DNA of 64,000 nt from contig CAWBBS010000011.1 in NCBI GenBank assembly GCA_963787115.1, positions 154,123 through 218,122 of the forward strand, given 5' to 3'. Position 1 is the stretch's first letter, and each line of letters opens with the position of its first letter. The notes under the pieces are model-generated. The model was not told the origin of the DNA and did not search any database. It was given only the letters and a program-made list of their open reading frames with translations. Shown here one piece after another: positions 38,501-48,604 of this stretch. The stretch comes from an uncultured Solirubrobacteraceae bacterium. GTDB taxonomy: Bacteria; Actinomycetota; Thermoleophilia; Solirubrobacterales; Solirubrobacteraceae. Position numbers and translations under genes: made by a program.

Positions 38501-39931
38501 ATGCGCACGCGAGACATCAGGCGCCGCGCGGTGCTTCTCGCGGCAGCGGCGCTAGCCCTCTCGCTGCTCCTGCCGGCTTCGGCCCTCGCACACGGGATCG
38601 CCGGCAAAACGGACCTCCCGCTCCCCCGCTGGCTGTTCGCGTGGTCCGCGGCGGTGGTACTGATCGTGAGCTTCGTGGCGCTGGCGACGCTGTGGCCGAC
38701 GCCGCGGCTGGCTCTCGCGCGCAGCCGTGTGCTCACCCGGCTGCCGCGGGTGCTGCGGCCCGCCTGCTCGGCGGTGGGGCTGGCCCTGTTCGTGTTCGTC
38801 TGTTACGCCGGGCTCGCAGGCGAGCAGCTGCTGCCGACCGCGAACCTCGCACCGACCTTCATCTTCGTGATCTTCTGGGTGGGCTTCCCGTTCGCGAGCC
38901 TGCTCGGAGACGTGTTCCGGGCCTTCAACCCGTGGCTGGGGGCGGGCCTTGCGATCCGGTGGGCGGCGTGCCGTCTGCTAGGGCCCGGCCGCCTGCGCCG
39001 GCCGCTGCCCTACCCGTCATGGCTGGGCCGCTGGCTGGCCGTCCCGTGCGTCCTGGGCTTCGCCTGGCTGGAGCTGATCTACGTCGAACGGGACAACCCG
39101 AAAACGCTCGCCCTGATCTCGATCGGCTACGCCGCCGCGCAGCTCGTCGGCATGGCCCTGTTCGGGATCGAGACCTGGGAGGCCCGGGGCGACGGCTTCT
39201 CGGTCTACATGAACCTGTACTCCCGGATCTCGCCGCTGCGCTGGAGGCGCGACCGCCTTGAAGCCCACAAACCCCTCAGCGGCCTGGTGGCGCTGGACCC
39301 GGTCCCCGGGACCGTCGCGCTGCTGGCGGCGATGATCGGCTCGACGAGCTTTGACGGGCTGCAGCAGGGGCCGCTGTGGATGAACACGCTCGAGCCGGAA
39401 CTGCAGGGCATCTTCACCTCGCTCGGCTTCGGGATCGTCCCCGCGGTCGAGCTGGGCTCCACACTCGGCCTGCTCGGGATGATGGCGCTGGTGCTGATCG
39501 TCTACCGGCTCGGCGTCCTGGGTGTCCACACCGTCGACCGCATCACCCCGACCGGGGTGATCTCGGGCCGCTTCATCCACACGCTCGTGCCGATCGCGCT
39601 GGCGTATGTGGCGGCCCACTACTGGTCGCTGCTGGTCTACCAGAGCCAGGGGGCGGTGGCGCTGATCTCAGACCCGCTCGGGAACGGCGCGAACTTGTTC
39701 GGGACCGCCGGCGTGCAGATCAACTACCGGGTGATCTCCCCGAACTCGATCTGGTACTTCCAGGTGGTGGTGCTGCTGGCGGGTCACGTGTGCGGTCTGG
39801 CGCTCGCACACGACCGCGCCCTGGAGCTCTACAGCGATCCTCGCACGGCGATCCGCTCGCAGTACTGGATGCTGGTGGTGATGGTGTTCTTCACCTGCCT
39901 GGGCCTGTGGCTGCTCTCGGCGGTGGGCTGA
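38501..39931 (+). CDS. Polytopic membrane protein (family often labelled 'fenitrothion hydrolase' FedB-like)
   Basis: Leader ending ALAHG, DLPLP, RAFNPW, FDG, LVPIALAY..AHY, DPLG.G.NLFGT, GHV.GL.LAHDRAL, SQYWML. Confidence 0.75.
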   Translation: MRTRDIRRRAVLLAAAALALSLLLPASALAHGIAGKTDLPLPRWLFAWSAAVVLIVSFVALATLWPTPRLALARSRVLTRLPRVLRPACSAVGLALFVFVCYAGLAGEQLLPTANLAPTFIFVIFWVGFPFASLLGDVFRAFNPWLGAGLAIRWAACRLLGPGRLRRPLPYPSWLGRWLAVPCVLGFAWLELIYVERDNPKTLALISIGYAAAQLVGMALFGIETWEARGDGFSVYMNLYSRISPLRWRRDRLEAHKPLSGLVALDPVPGTVALLAAMIGSTSFDGLQQGPLWMNTLEPELQGIFTSLGFGIVPAVELGSTLGLLGMMALVLIVYRLGVLGVHTVDRITPTGVISGRFIHTLVPIALAYVAAHYWSLLVYQSQGAVALISDPLGNGANLFGTAGVQINYRVISPNSIWYFQVVVLLAGHVCGLALAHDRALELYSDPRTAIRSQYWMLVVMVFFTCLGLWLLSAVG

Positions 39932-39935
39932 GAGC

Positions 39936-40346
39936 TCAGGCGGAGGGCGTCTGGGGCGAGGCGCAGAACGCGCACTTGCGCGCCTCACGGGGAATCTCGC
40001 TCAGGCACTCGGTGCACGGACGGCTGTCGGCGTCGTCGTCCTGGCCGTGACGCCGGCGCTCCATCATCACGTTCATCGGCTTCACGACGAAGAAGAAGAC
40101 GGCGGCCGCGATCGAGACGAACGCGATCAGCGCGTTCAGGAAGGAGCCGTAGCGGAACACGCTGCCGTTGATCGTGAACGTCAGCCCGGAGAAGTCAGGC
40201 TTGCCGATGATCGCGGCGATGATGGGAGTGATCAGATCCGCGACCAGCGCCGTCACGACGGCACCGAAGGCGGCGCCGATGACGATGCCGACCGCCAGGT
40301 CGACGACGTTCCCGCGAAGCAGGAAGTCCTTGAAGTCGCGCATCAC
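39936..40346 (-). CDS. mscL: Large-conductance mechanosensitive channel
   Basis: FKDFLLRGNVVDLAVGIVIGAAFG; C-terminal CTEC...KCAFC. Confidence 0.95.
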   Translation of the reverse strand: MMRDFKDFLLRGNVVDLAVGIVIGAAFGAVVTALVADLITPIIAAIIGKPDFSGLTFTINGSVFRYGSFLNALIAFVSIAAAVFFFVVKPMNVMMERRRHGQDDDADSRPCTECLSEIPREARKCAFCASPQTPSA

Positions 40347-40381
40347 CCGAGGGAAGCTAGAGCACCCCCCGGCGGGAAAAC

Positions 40382-41647
40382 TCAGGACGGGGCCGCGGCA
40401 CCCGCGTGCGCGCGGTGCCCGCCCGAGTGGCCGCTCTCGTGGCCACCGTGCTCGTAGCTGTGCGCGCAGTGCTCCGAGCAGAAGTACATCGTGCCCTGCG
40501 GGGTCTTCAGGCGGATGGACTTCGAGCGGTCAACGCGCATGCCGCACACCGGGTCGGTGGCGCCGCGGCGCATCGTGAGCCCCATCAGCGTCGCGAACAC
40601 GAGCAGGCCGAACGCGTTGGTGAACAGCCGGTAGTCCACCTTCACCGCGCTGAAGATGTCAGAGCGGGTGGGCCGCACCTGCGGTATCAGCCCCGCCCAG
40701 CCGAAGATCAGGTCGACGATCAGCGCGGAGATGACGATGGTCACGAACATCAGCGCGACCATCCGGGTCGCATACACGCGCCCGTAGTACTTGCGGTAGA
40801 TCGCGATGATCGGGAGCACCAGCAGGTCGGCGAAGATGAACGCGATCACGCCCGCGAAGCTGATGCCGCCTGACCACAGCACCGCCGCCAGGGGCACGTT
40901 CCCGACCGAGCAGACGAAGCTCATGATCGCGATCAGCGGGCCCACGACCGCGTTCTCGATCAGGCGCAGCGGGGCGGGCGCTTCGGTGATGAAGAGAGCG
41001 TTGAAGAAGCTGTTGGGAAGCTGGCCGATGAACCCCGCCAGCAGGAACCCGATCGTGATCTCCTTCCACAGCATCGACCAGTCGTTGCGGAAGTTGTGGG
41101 CAACGTCGGACCAGGCCTCCATGCTCGTCAGCCGCCGGCCGATGCTCATGGCGTCACCTGCGCTGTGGTGCTGGTGCCCACTGTCGGCGGCGATGGCGTG
41201 CTCGCGCGCCCGAGCTTCGAGGCGCTGCGAGATGAAGGCGCGCAGCAGCACCGTCATGATCGCGATCATGATCAGCCCCCCGACGAACTCGGCCAGCGTG
41301 AACTGCCACCCCATCAGGACCCAGATCACGGCCCCGAGCTCGATCACCAGGTTCGTGGAGCTGAACTGGAAGGCCAGCGCCGAGGCGGCGCTCGAGCCCT
41401 TCTGGAACAGGCTCTTGGCGATCGCGACTGCGGCGTAGCTGCAGGACGAGGAGGCGGCGCCCAGCCCCGTCGCCAGCATCACCGGGCGGGCGCCGGATCC
41501 GCCGAGCGCGCTCTGGATCCGCTCGCGCGGAACCCATGCCTGCACGATCGCGGAGATCGCGAATCCGAGCACCAGCGCCCACCACATCGACCAGGCCATC
41601 AGGAAGGCGTCGCGCAGCGCGTGCGCGATCGTCGTCAACACGTCCAT
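40382..41647 (-). CDS. ArsP/DUF318-family permease with C-terminal YHS domain
   Basis: SSSCSYAA, FVCSVGNVPLA; C-terminal TDPVCGMRVD...YFCSEHC; His-rich tail. Confidence 0.88.
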   Translation of the reverse strand: MDVLTTIAHALRDAFLMAWSMWWALVLGFAISAIVQAWVPRERIQSALGGSGARPVMLATGLGAASSSCSYAAVAIAKSLFQKGSSAASALAFQFSSTNLVIELGAVIWVLMGWQFTLAEFVGGLIMIAIMTVLLRAFISQRLEARAREHAIAADSGHQHHSAGDAMSIGRRLTSMEAWSDVAHNFRNDWSMLWKEITIGFLLAGFIGQLPNSFFNALFITEAPAPLRLIENAVVGPLIAIMSFVCSVGNVPLAAVLWSGGISFAGVIAFIFADLLVLPIIAIYRKYYGRVYATRMVALMFVTIVISALIVDLIFGWAGLIPQVRPTRSDIFSAVKVDYRLFTNAFGLLVFATLMGLTMRRGATDPVCGMRVDRSKSIRLKTPQGTMYFCSEHCAHSYEHGGHESGHSGGHRAHAGAAAPS

Positions 41648-41736
41648 GAACCCAGTGTGGTGGGTCGTGCGCGTGTATGCCTGCGGACTCTCCGCGCATT
41701 TAGACTGGCGGGCAACCGAGGAGAGGGGTCGTGGGG

Positions 41737-41952
41737 ATGGGAGCGCTCCAGATGGGTGAGATGACCTGGCGGGAGATCCGTGCTGAGCAGGAGCGCGGGC
41801 GCGGCACGGTCGTACCGGCCTTCGGTGCCACCGAGCGGCGCGGCCCGCGCATGCCGCTGGCGACCGACGCTCTTGCGGGCGAGCACCTCGCTCCGGCCGT
41901 GAGGTTCGGGTTCGGGCGCTCCGAGCGCCATCTCGAGAAGGTGGCCTCATGA
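41737..41952 (+). pseudogene. Truncated, degenerate creatininase/MftE-family gene fragment
   Basis: EMTWREI...TVVPAFGATERRGPRMPLATDA resembles the family N-terminus (EMTW.E...P.GATEQHGPHLPL.TD) but lacks the His ligands and stops after about 70 codons. Confidence 0.6.
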
Positions 41953-42770
41953 GCGGCGTGAGCGGCCGGGCCGCCGGGCTGGCATATCGCGAAGCGGGGG
42001 ATGTGGACGCCCCCGCCGTGCTGCTTGTCCACGGCTACCCGGAGTCCTCCTACATGTGGCGGGAGGCGATGAGCGCCGTCGCCGCCGCGGGCTGGCGCGC
42101 GATCGCCCCGGACCTGGCCGGCTTCGGCGACTCGCCGCTCGATCGGCCCGGCACCTGGGAGCGCCACGTGGAGAGCATCGAGCGGTTCGTGGCCGAGCTC
42201 GAGCTCGGCCCGGTGGTGCTCGTAACCCACGACTGGGGCGTCATGATCGGGCTGCGCTGGGCGTGCGACCACCCGGAGCGGGTGCGCGCCCTGGTCATCT
42301 CCGACGGCGGCTTCTGGGCGGACCGGCGCTGGCACGACATGGCGAACACGATGCGCACGCCGCAGGAGGGCGAGCAGCTGGTCGCGGCGATGACGCGCGA
42401 GGGCCTCGGCGCCGTGCTTCAGGGTTTGTGCCCGGGGATCGGCGAGGACGCCCTGGATGAGTACTGGAAGGCGTTCGCGGACGAGCAGCACCGGCTCGCG
42501 CACCTCGACCTCTACCGCTCGGGGGACTTCGAGAAGCTCGCCCCCTATGAGGGGCGTCTGGGCGCGCTCGGCCTGCCCGCGCTGGTGCTGTGGGGCGATG
42601 AGGACCCCTTCGCCGGCGCCGTGATGGCGGAGCGCTTCCACGGCGACATCCCGGGCTCGGAGCTGTTGGTCCTGCCGGGCGCTGGCCACTTCATCTGGGA
42701 TGAGCGCGGGCAGCAGTGCGCGGATGCGCTGGTGGACTTCCTGCGCCGTCGGGTGAGCGGCGCCGGCTGA
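41949..42770 (+). CDS. Alpha/beta hydrolase (haloalkane dehalogenase/epoxide hydrolase-like)
   Basis: HGYP, APDLAGFG, nucleophile HDWG, WGDED, AGHF. Confidence 0.9.
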   Translation: MSGVSGRAAGLAYREAGDVDAPAVLLVHGYPESSYMWREAMSAVAAAGWRAIAPDLAGFGDSPLDRPGTWERHVESIERFVAELELGPVVLVTHDWGVMIGLRWACDHPERVRALVISDGGFWADRRWHDMANTMRTPQEGEQLVAAMTREGLGAVLQGLCPGIGEDALDEYWKAFADEQHRLAHLDLYRSGDFEKLAPYEGRLGALGLPALVLWGDEDPFAGAVMAERFHGDIPGSELLVLPGAGHFIWDERGQQCADALVDFLRRRVSGAG

Positions 42771-42784
42771 GCGGGCCCGGGCTC

Positions 42785-45133
42785 TCAGCCCAGCAGGGGG
42801 CCGGCGGCCCCCAGGGAGGCGAGGTCGGCTTCGCTCAGGCCCTGCGCCCCGGCGACAAAGGTGAACCTGCTTGCGGCCGACGACGCGTTGCTCCCGTTGG
42901 GCGTCGTGATCGTGATGTGCACTGCCCCGGGCGGCTCGGCGGGAGAGGTCGCGAGGATCGTGGTGGCGGAGCTGACCGTGTAGGCACTGGCCGGCGTGCC
43001 GCCGAACAGGACCGACGTGACCCCGACGAAGTCTTTGCCGGTGATCGTCACGGGGGTGCCGCCCGCCGAGGGCCCTTCGACCGGCGCGAGCTTCTTCAGG
43101 TTCGGGCCGCTCCCGGATTTGACATAGGTGAAGTGGTCCGCGGCGCCCGTGGCGCTGGTGGCGACCGGGCTCGTGACGGTCACGTCGACGACGCCGCTCC
43201 CCGCCGGAGAGGTGGCGGTGATCGAGTTGGAGGAGTTGACCGTGAAGCTGCTCGCGGCGCTCGAGCCGAACCTGACCGCCGATACGTTCGCGAAGCCGGC
43301 GCCGGTGATCCTCACCGAGGTCCCCCCGGTCGTGAGGCCCGCGTCGGGTTCGACGGCGGCGACGGACGGCGGGGTGGCGGGCGTCGTGAAATGCTGCGCC
43401 TGACCCACGGTGGTGCCGGCCTTGTTCGTGGCCACGATCCGGAAGTCGTAGGTTGTGCTCGAGGCCAGCGAGGACGAGCTCGCCGACACCGGCACCGGTT
43501 TTGACTTCGCGCCCGGGAGCGATTCACACGGCATGCTCGAGCCGAAGCCGGGCGAGGGGCCGTATTCGAAGCGACATTCCGTGACGTTGCTGCCGTTGGG
43601 GTTCACGCTCGCGTTCAGCGTCGCCGAGCTCGGGCCCACCGCTGTGGCGGCTTCAGTCTCCACCGACGGCGGCGTCTGTGTACCGGGCGGTTCAGAGGGC
43701 GGACCCGGTTCGGGGTGCGGGGAGAGCAGCACCGGCGCCTGCGGGGACTGTTCGAAGTTGAAGTCGCTGGCGAGGTCGCCGAGCCCGGCGGCTTCTTCGC
43801 GCACCGCAGTGCGCGGGTCGGGGCGGCCGTCGGTCTTCGGGTTCAGCCGGGCGCCGGAGAGGAAGTCGTCCTCGATGAACCTCAGGTAGGAGTCGTGGCT
43901 CAGCTGCTGGTGGTCGATGTAGCCCGCCCGCGCGTAGGGGCTGATGACCAGGCCGGGAACGCGCAGGCCGTAGCCGCCCGCGTCGATTGCCGGCGGCACG
44001 ACGTGGTCGTAGAAGCCGCCCCAGTCATCCCATGAGAGGAAGATCGCGGTCGAGCCCCAGCACGGGCTCTGCATGATCGAGTTGATCAGGGTCGTGACGT
44101 AGGCCTGGCCCTTTTCGATCGTGCTCGGCGGGTGTTCGCTCACTTCCGCGCTCGGGATCGCCCACGACACGTTCGGCAGGCCGCAGGAGGACTGGTTGTG
44201 GACCGCTTCGTAGAAGCTCGTGAGCGGCTGGATGTTGCCGAGCTGACTGTCTTCCTTGACGTCGGTGAAGTCGGGCAGCGGGTTCCAGATCCCGGGCGTC
44301 TTGGCGCTCTGCTTGACCTTCGAGCAGCTGATCGATTCGTCGTCCTCGCAGTCGGGCTCGGCGCCTTCGTGGATGTAGTAGCGCCAGGACACGCCTTCTT
44401 TGTGCAGCAGCCAGGTCAGGTCCGTCCACGCATAGCTCGCGCGGCCCGGTTCCAGGGGTGAGCTCCAGCCCCCCGCCGGTTTGACCGGGCTCAGCGATTC
44501 GGCGCACGAGAGCGGGTTCGTCGCCCCTTTGGGGCACACCGCGCTCCACCCGGACACCATGTACAGGTGCTCGGGAAGGCTCCACGAGGCCGAGGACGCG
44601 AACATGTCGTCCTGCAGGACGAAGTCTTTCGCGTAGGTCCAGTAGTTGGGGATCTCGCGCGCGTCGTGGTAGCCCATGACGTCGTTGCACTTGGTGCCTT
44701 CTTCCTGGCAAGTCGCGCATTCCGGGTCGGTGCTCGCGCAGTTCTGCGCCGCCTCCTGCTGGGCGACGAAACCGTCCATCTTGCCGCCGTCGATGTCTTC
44801 GATCGAGGCCGTGGTCCCGTGGGGGCCGCCGGAGTTCTTTCCGGTCGCGTCGTGGAATGGCGCCACGCACCCGCCGTGAAGAGGGTCGGGAACGCATACG
44901 TTGGCGGGGATGCCGTCGGCGCCCGGATAGGTGCCGAAGTAGCTGTCAAAGCTCCGGTTCTCCTGCATGATCATCACCACATGCTGGATCTTGTGGATGC
45001 CTTCCGGGCCCGCCGCGGAGGCGACCGCGGGCGTCACGGCGAATGCGAGCATGGCCGCGAGGAGTCCCAGCGGCCATCTTCCATGACGGGCCCCCCGGGG
45101 CCGAACAACACGACGCACGCCGCAGATCATCAC
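42785..45133 (-). CDS. Secreted phospholipase C/acid phosphoesterase with FN3-like and two IPT/TIG domains (start uncertain)
   Basis: [45 protein letters not shown]; C-terminal IPT repeats. Confidence 0.9.
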   Translation of the reverse strand: MMICGVRRVVRPRGARHGRWPLGLLAAMLAFAVTPAVASAAGPEGIHKIQHVVMIMQENRSFDSYFGTYPGADGIPANVCVPDPLHGGCVAPFHDATGKNSGGPHGTTASIEDIDGGKMDGFVAQQEAAQNCASTDPECATCQEEGTKCNDVMGYHDAREIPNYWTYAKDFVLQDDMFASSASWSLPEHLYMVSGWSAVCPKGATNPLSCAESLSPVKPAGGWSSPLEPGRASYAWTDLTWLLHKEGVSWRYYIHEGAEPDCEDDESISCSKVKQSAKTPGIWNPLPDFTDVKEDSQLGNIQPLTSFYEAVHNQSSCGLPNVSWAIPSAEVSEHPPSTIEKGQAYVTTLINSIMQSPCWGSTAIFLSWDDWGGFYDHVVPPAIDAGGYGLRVPGLVISPYARAGYIDHQQLSHDSYLRFIEDDFLSGARLNPKTDGRPDPRTAVREEAAGLGDLASDFNFEQSPQAPVLLSPHPEPGPPSEPPGTQTPPSVETEAATAVGPSSATLNASVNPNGSNVTECRFEYGPSPGFGSSMPCESLPGAKSKPVPVSASSSSLASSTTYDFRIVATNKAGTTVGQAQHFTTPATPPSVAAVEPDAGLTTGGTSVRITGAGFANVSAVRFGSSAASSFTVNSSNSITATSPAGSGVVDVTVTSPVATSATGAADHFTYVKSGSGPNLKKLAPVEGPSAGGTPVTITGKDFVGVTSVLFGGTPASAYTVSSATTILATSPAEPPGAVHITITTPNGSNASSAASRFTFVAGAQGLSEADLASLGAAGPLLG

Positions 45134-45190
45134 ACAATCCGATGCCGGATTGTGTGAACTAGGTGCGTCCCTTGAGAGGGCGGCCGCTGC

Positions 45191-46192
45191 TCAGACCTTC
45201 ACGATCACCTTGCCGGTGTTGCCGCCGGTGAAGAGGAGGTTCAGGGCGTCGGGGGCGTGCTCGAGCCCCTCCACGATGTGCTCGGCAGCCTTGATCCGGC
45301 CTTCCGCGAGCCAGCCGCCGATCTGGGCCTGAGCCTCCGCGTAGCGATCCACGTAGTCGAGGATGATGAAGCCCTCCATCCGCCCGCGCCGGACGATCAG
45401 CATCGTGTAGTTGGAGGGTCCGGGGGCGTTGCGCTCGTTGTAGCCGGAGATCGCCCCGCACAGGACGACGCGCCCGCGCATCGCGATGTTCGCCAGCGCC
45501 GCGTTCAGGATCTCGCCGCCGACGTTGTCGAAGTACACGTCGATTTCGGGCGCCTCCGCTTTCAGGCGCCTGCGCACATCCTCGGACTTGTAGTCGATGG
45601 CGACGTCGAAGCCCAGCTCGTCCACGATCCACGCGCACTTCTCCGGCCCGCCGGCGATCCCGACCACCTTCGACGCGCCCTTGATCTTTGCGATCTGCCC
45701 GACCGTCGAGCCGGTCGCCCCGGCCGCGCCGGAGACCACCACCACATCGCCCTCGGCGACCTTGCCGACGTCGATGAGGCCGAAGTAGGCCGTCATGCCC
45801 GTCATCCCGAAGACGCTCAGCGCGGACGTCGGGGCTACGCCGGCGGGGAGACGCTGCATCCTGCTGGCGCCCTCGTCCGCGATCGCGTAGTCCTGCCAGC
45901 CGGTCATCCCGAACAGCAGGTCCCCGGGGGAGTACCTGTCGGAGTTGCTCTCGAGCACCTCGGCGACTCCTCCCGCGCGGACGACCTCGCCGATGCCGAT
46001 CGGAGGCAGATACCCGGGCGCGTCGTTCATCCAGGTGCGGATCGTCGGGTCGATCGAGATGTAGCGCACGCGCGTGAGCGCCTCGCCCTTCCCGGGCACC
46101 GGGATCTCGCCCTCCTCGATTCGAACGGTGCTCTCGTCGACCATCGCGGTGGGTCGCTCGGCTAGGACAAGGCGGCGGTTGCGCTCGCTCAC
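45191..46192 (-). CDS. NADP-dependent oxidoreductase (PTGR/CurA-like), paralog 2
   Basis: SIDPTIRTW, GMTGMTAYFGL, SGAAGATG, YFDNVGG, CGAISGYN. Confidence 0.92.
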   Translation of the reverse strand: MSERNRRLVLAERPTAMVDESTVRIEEGEIPVPGKGEALTRVRYISIDPTIRTWMNDAPGYLPPIGIGEVVRAGGVAEVLESNSDRYSPGDLLFGMTGWQDYAIADEGASRMQRLPAGVAPTSALSVFGMTGMTAYFGLIDVGKVAEGDVVVVSGAAGATGSTVGQIAKIKGASKVVGIAGGPEKCAWIVDELGFDVAIDYKSEDVRRRLKAEAPEIDVYFDNVGGEILNAALANIAMRGRVVLCGAISGYNERNAPGPSNYTMLIVRRGRMEGFIILDYVDRYAEAQAQIGGWLAEGRIKAAEHIVEGLEHAPDALNLLFTGGNTGKVIVKV

Positions 46193-46339
46193 GGTCTCTC
46201 CCCCTCCTGGCCGGGCCGCGGGGCCCGGCGTCGATTTCTCGCGCCGGCGGCGCCGCGTCGATGTTATCCGCCGGGCGCCGGCGCTCAGATCGCTGGGGTC
46301 AACCGGTTGCCCCGAGACACTCATCGCGCGGCTGCGATC

Positions 46340-48007
46340 ATGCGGCACGTGAGCGACACCCAGAGCGCACCGGAAGGGAAGGGCGGGCACCGGCGGCGCT
46401 GGGTGGCGATGCCGTTCATCGCGCTCGGCGTCGCGATGATCATCGTCGACGCGACGATCGTCAACGTCGCGATCCCGACGATCATCCGGGACCTCAACAC
46501 GACCGCCTCCAGCGCCGAGTGGGTCAACTCCATCTACTCGCTGGTGTTCGCCGCGCTGCTGATCACGCTGGGGCGGGTCGGCGACATGTACGGGCGCCGG
46601 CGCCTGTTCATGACGGGCACGATCTGGTTCGTGGTGGCGAGCCTCGTCGCCGCCACGGCCTCGAGCAGCGGGATGCTGATCTTCGGCAGGTTCCTGCAGG
46701 GCATCGGCGGGGCGATGATCCTGCCCGCGACGCTGTCGACCGTCAACAGCCTCTTCAGGGGCCGGGAGAGGGCGATCGCCTTCGCGATCTGGGGGTCGAC
46801 GATCGGCGGGATGGCGGCCGTCGGACCCTTCCTCGGCGGCGTCCTTACCACGGACCTCTCGTGGCGGTGGGCGTTCCTGATCAACGTCCCGCTCGGCATC
46901 GCGATCCTCCTCGGGCTCATCTTCGTCGTGCCGGAGACCTCCGATCCGGACACGCCGCGCGGCTTTGATCTCCCCGGCCAGCTCACGCTGGTGCTCGGCC
47001 TCAGCGCGCTCGTGTTCGGGCTGATCGAGGGCGAGACCTACGGCTGGTGGATCTCCGTCCAGCGCCTTGACCTGCTCGGCTGGCCCACCGGGGTCATCTC
47101 GCCGGTACCGGTCGCCTTCGCGCTGTCGGTCGTGTCGATGGCGGCCTTCCTGCTGATCGAGCGCTCGCGGCTGCGAAGGGGAAAGCTGGCCGTGGTCGAT
47201 CTGCGGCTGTTCTCGATCTCGAGCTTCAGCATCGGCAACGTCGCGGCGCTGATCGTCGCGCTCGGCGAGTTCGGGATCCTATTCGTGCTGCCGCTGTATC
47301 TGCAGGGCGCGCTGGGACTCAGCGCACTCGACACCGGCGCGGCGCTGATCCCGCTCGCCGCAGGGACCCTCGTCGCGGGTGGCGCCACCGCGGCGCTGGC
47401 CCCGCGGATCGGCCCACGGGGGGTGGTGCAGCTGGGGCTGGCGCTCGAGGTGCTCGGCATCGGCTCGCTCGGCTTCGTGCTCGGGCCCGGCACCTCGGTC
47501 TGGTCGATCCTGCCGTTCCTGTTCGTCTACGGGATCGGCGTCGGGTTCGCCACCGCCCAGCTGACCGGCGTGATCCTCACGGACGTCCCGGTGGAGGCGA
47601 GCGGACAGGGGTCGGGGATCCAGAGCACCTTCCGCCAGGTCGGCTCGGCGCTCGGCATCGCGATCCTCGGCACGATCCTCATCAGCACGCTCGGGTCCGG
47701 CGTCAGCAGCCGCCTGAGGTCCGTGCCGGGGCTGGCGCCGGCGCAGCAGGCGGAGATCTCAAAGGCGGTGCGCCTCAGCGGCGGCAGCGCGATCGTGGCG
47801 CTGCGCGAACGTCCCGGCAGCGAGGCGATAGTTCAGGCCTCCTCCGAGGCGCTGGCGTCCTCGGCGGCGACGGTCGCCTTCACGGCGGCGGGCTTCGTGC
47901 TTCTGGGGCTGCTGGTGACCCCGGGCCTGCCGAACCCGCGCGGAGGCGCGGCCCACGGAGAGCCCGATGAGGATCGAAGTCCCGTCGCGGCGGGCGGGGC
48001 AGCATGA
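46340..48007 (+). CDS. DHA2-family MFS efflux transporter
   Basis: DATIVNVAIP, WVNSIY, GRVGDMYGRRR, WRWAFLINVP; 14 TM. Confidence 0.92.
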   Translation: MRHVSDTQSAPEGKGGHRRRWVAMPFIALGVAMIIVDATIVNVAIPTIIRDLNTTASSAEWVNSIYSLVFAALLITLGRVGDMYGRRRLFMTGTIWFVVASLVAATASSSGMLIFGRFLQGIGGAMILPATLSTVNSLFRGRERAIAFAIWGSTIGGMAAVGPFLGGVLTTDLSWRWAFLINVPLGIAILLGLIFVVPETSDPDTPRGFDLPGQLTLVLGLSALVFGLIEGETYGWWISVQRLDLLGWPTGVISPVPVAFALSVVSMAAFLLIERSRLRRGKLAVVDLRLFSISSFSIGNVAALIVALGEFGILFVLPLYLQGALGLSALDTGAALIPLAAGTLVAGGATAALAPRIGPRGVVQLGLALEVLGIGSLGFVLGPGTSVWSILPFLFVYGIGVGFATAQLTGVILTDVPVEASGQGSGIQSTFRQVGSALGIAILGTILISTLGSGVSSRLRSVPGLAPAQQAEISKAVRLSGGSAIVALRERPGSEAIVQASSEALASSAATVAFTAAGFVLLGLLVTPGLPNPRGGAAHGEPDEDRSPVAAGGAA

Positions 48008-48477
48008 CGCCGGGGCCGGCGGAGCGGCTTCCGCGGCTCAGCGGGCGCGACCTCGACGGCGAGCGCTATGAGCTGCCCGAGGACCTCAGCAGGCGCGCGA
48101 GCTTCATCGTGGCCGCGTTCCGCCGCGAGCAGCAGGACGTAGTGGATGAGTGGCTGCCGTGGCTGCTCGGCCTGCAGGAGGGCGACCCGCGCGTCGGCGT
48201 CTATGAGCTGCCGGTGCTGCCCGGCGCGCTGCGCCCCGTGCGGTCGTTCATCGACGGGGGCATGGCCCGCGGCGTCGGGACGGCCGCCGCCCGGGCGCGC
48301 ACTATCACCGTCTACACGAACGTCGGCCGTGTCGTGCGTGAGCTCGGCCTGGACGGGACGGGGACGATCGCGGTGCTGCTCGTGGACCGCTCGGGCGCGA
48401 TCCTCGCGCGCGAGCTCGGAGGGTATGACGAGCAGAAGGCCCGGCGGCTGCAGAGCGCCCTGGAGGACATCTCCTAG
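48004..48477 (+). CDS. Hypothetical protein (possible thioredoxin-like/ATP10-like fold)
   Basis: ATGA overlap with the MFS stop; AFRREQQDVVDEW and VLLVDRSG segments. Fold assignment is tentative. Confidence 0.6.
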   Translation: MTPGPAERLPRLSGRDLDGERYELPEDLSRRASFIVAAFRREQQDVVDEWLPWLLGLQEGDPRVGVYELPVLPGALRPVRSFIDGGMARGVGTAAARARTITVYTNVGRVVRELGLDGTGTIAVLLVDRSGAILARELGGYDEQKARRLQSALEDIS

Positions 48478-48604
48478 CGGGGGCGCTGCGGGGCCGCGAG
48501 ACGGCGAGCGCCCACGCGCTCAGGGCCGGCGCGCGATTGCCGCACGCCGGCCTGCTCATGCTCCCGTCGCGGGCGGGCCGCGAGGGATGAGCGCTAGAAC
48601 CTGA

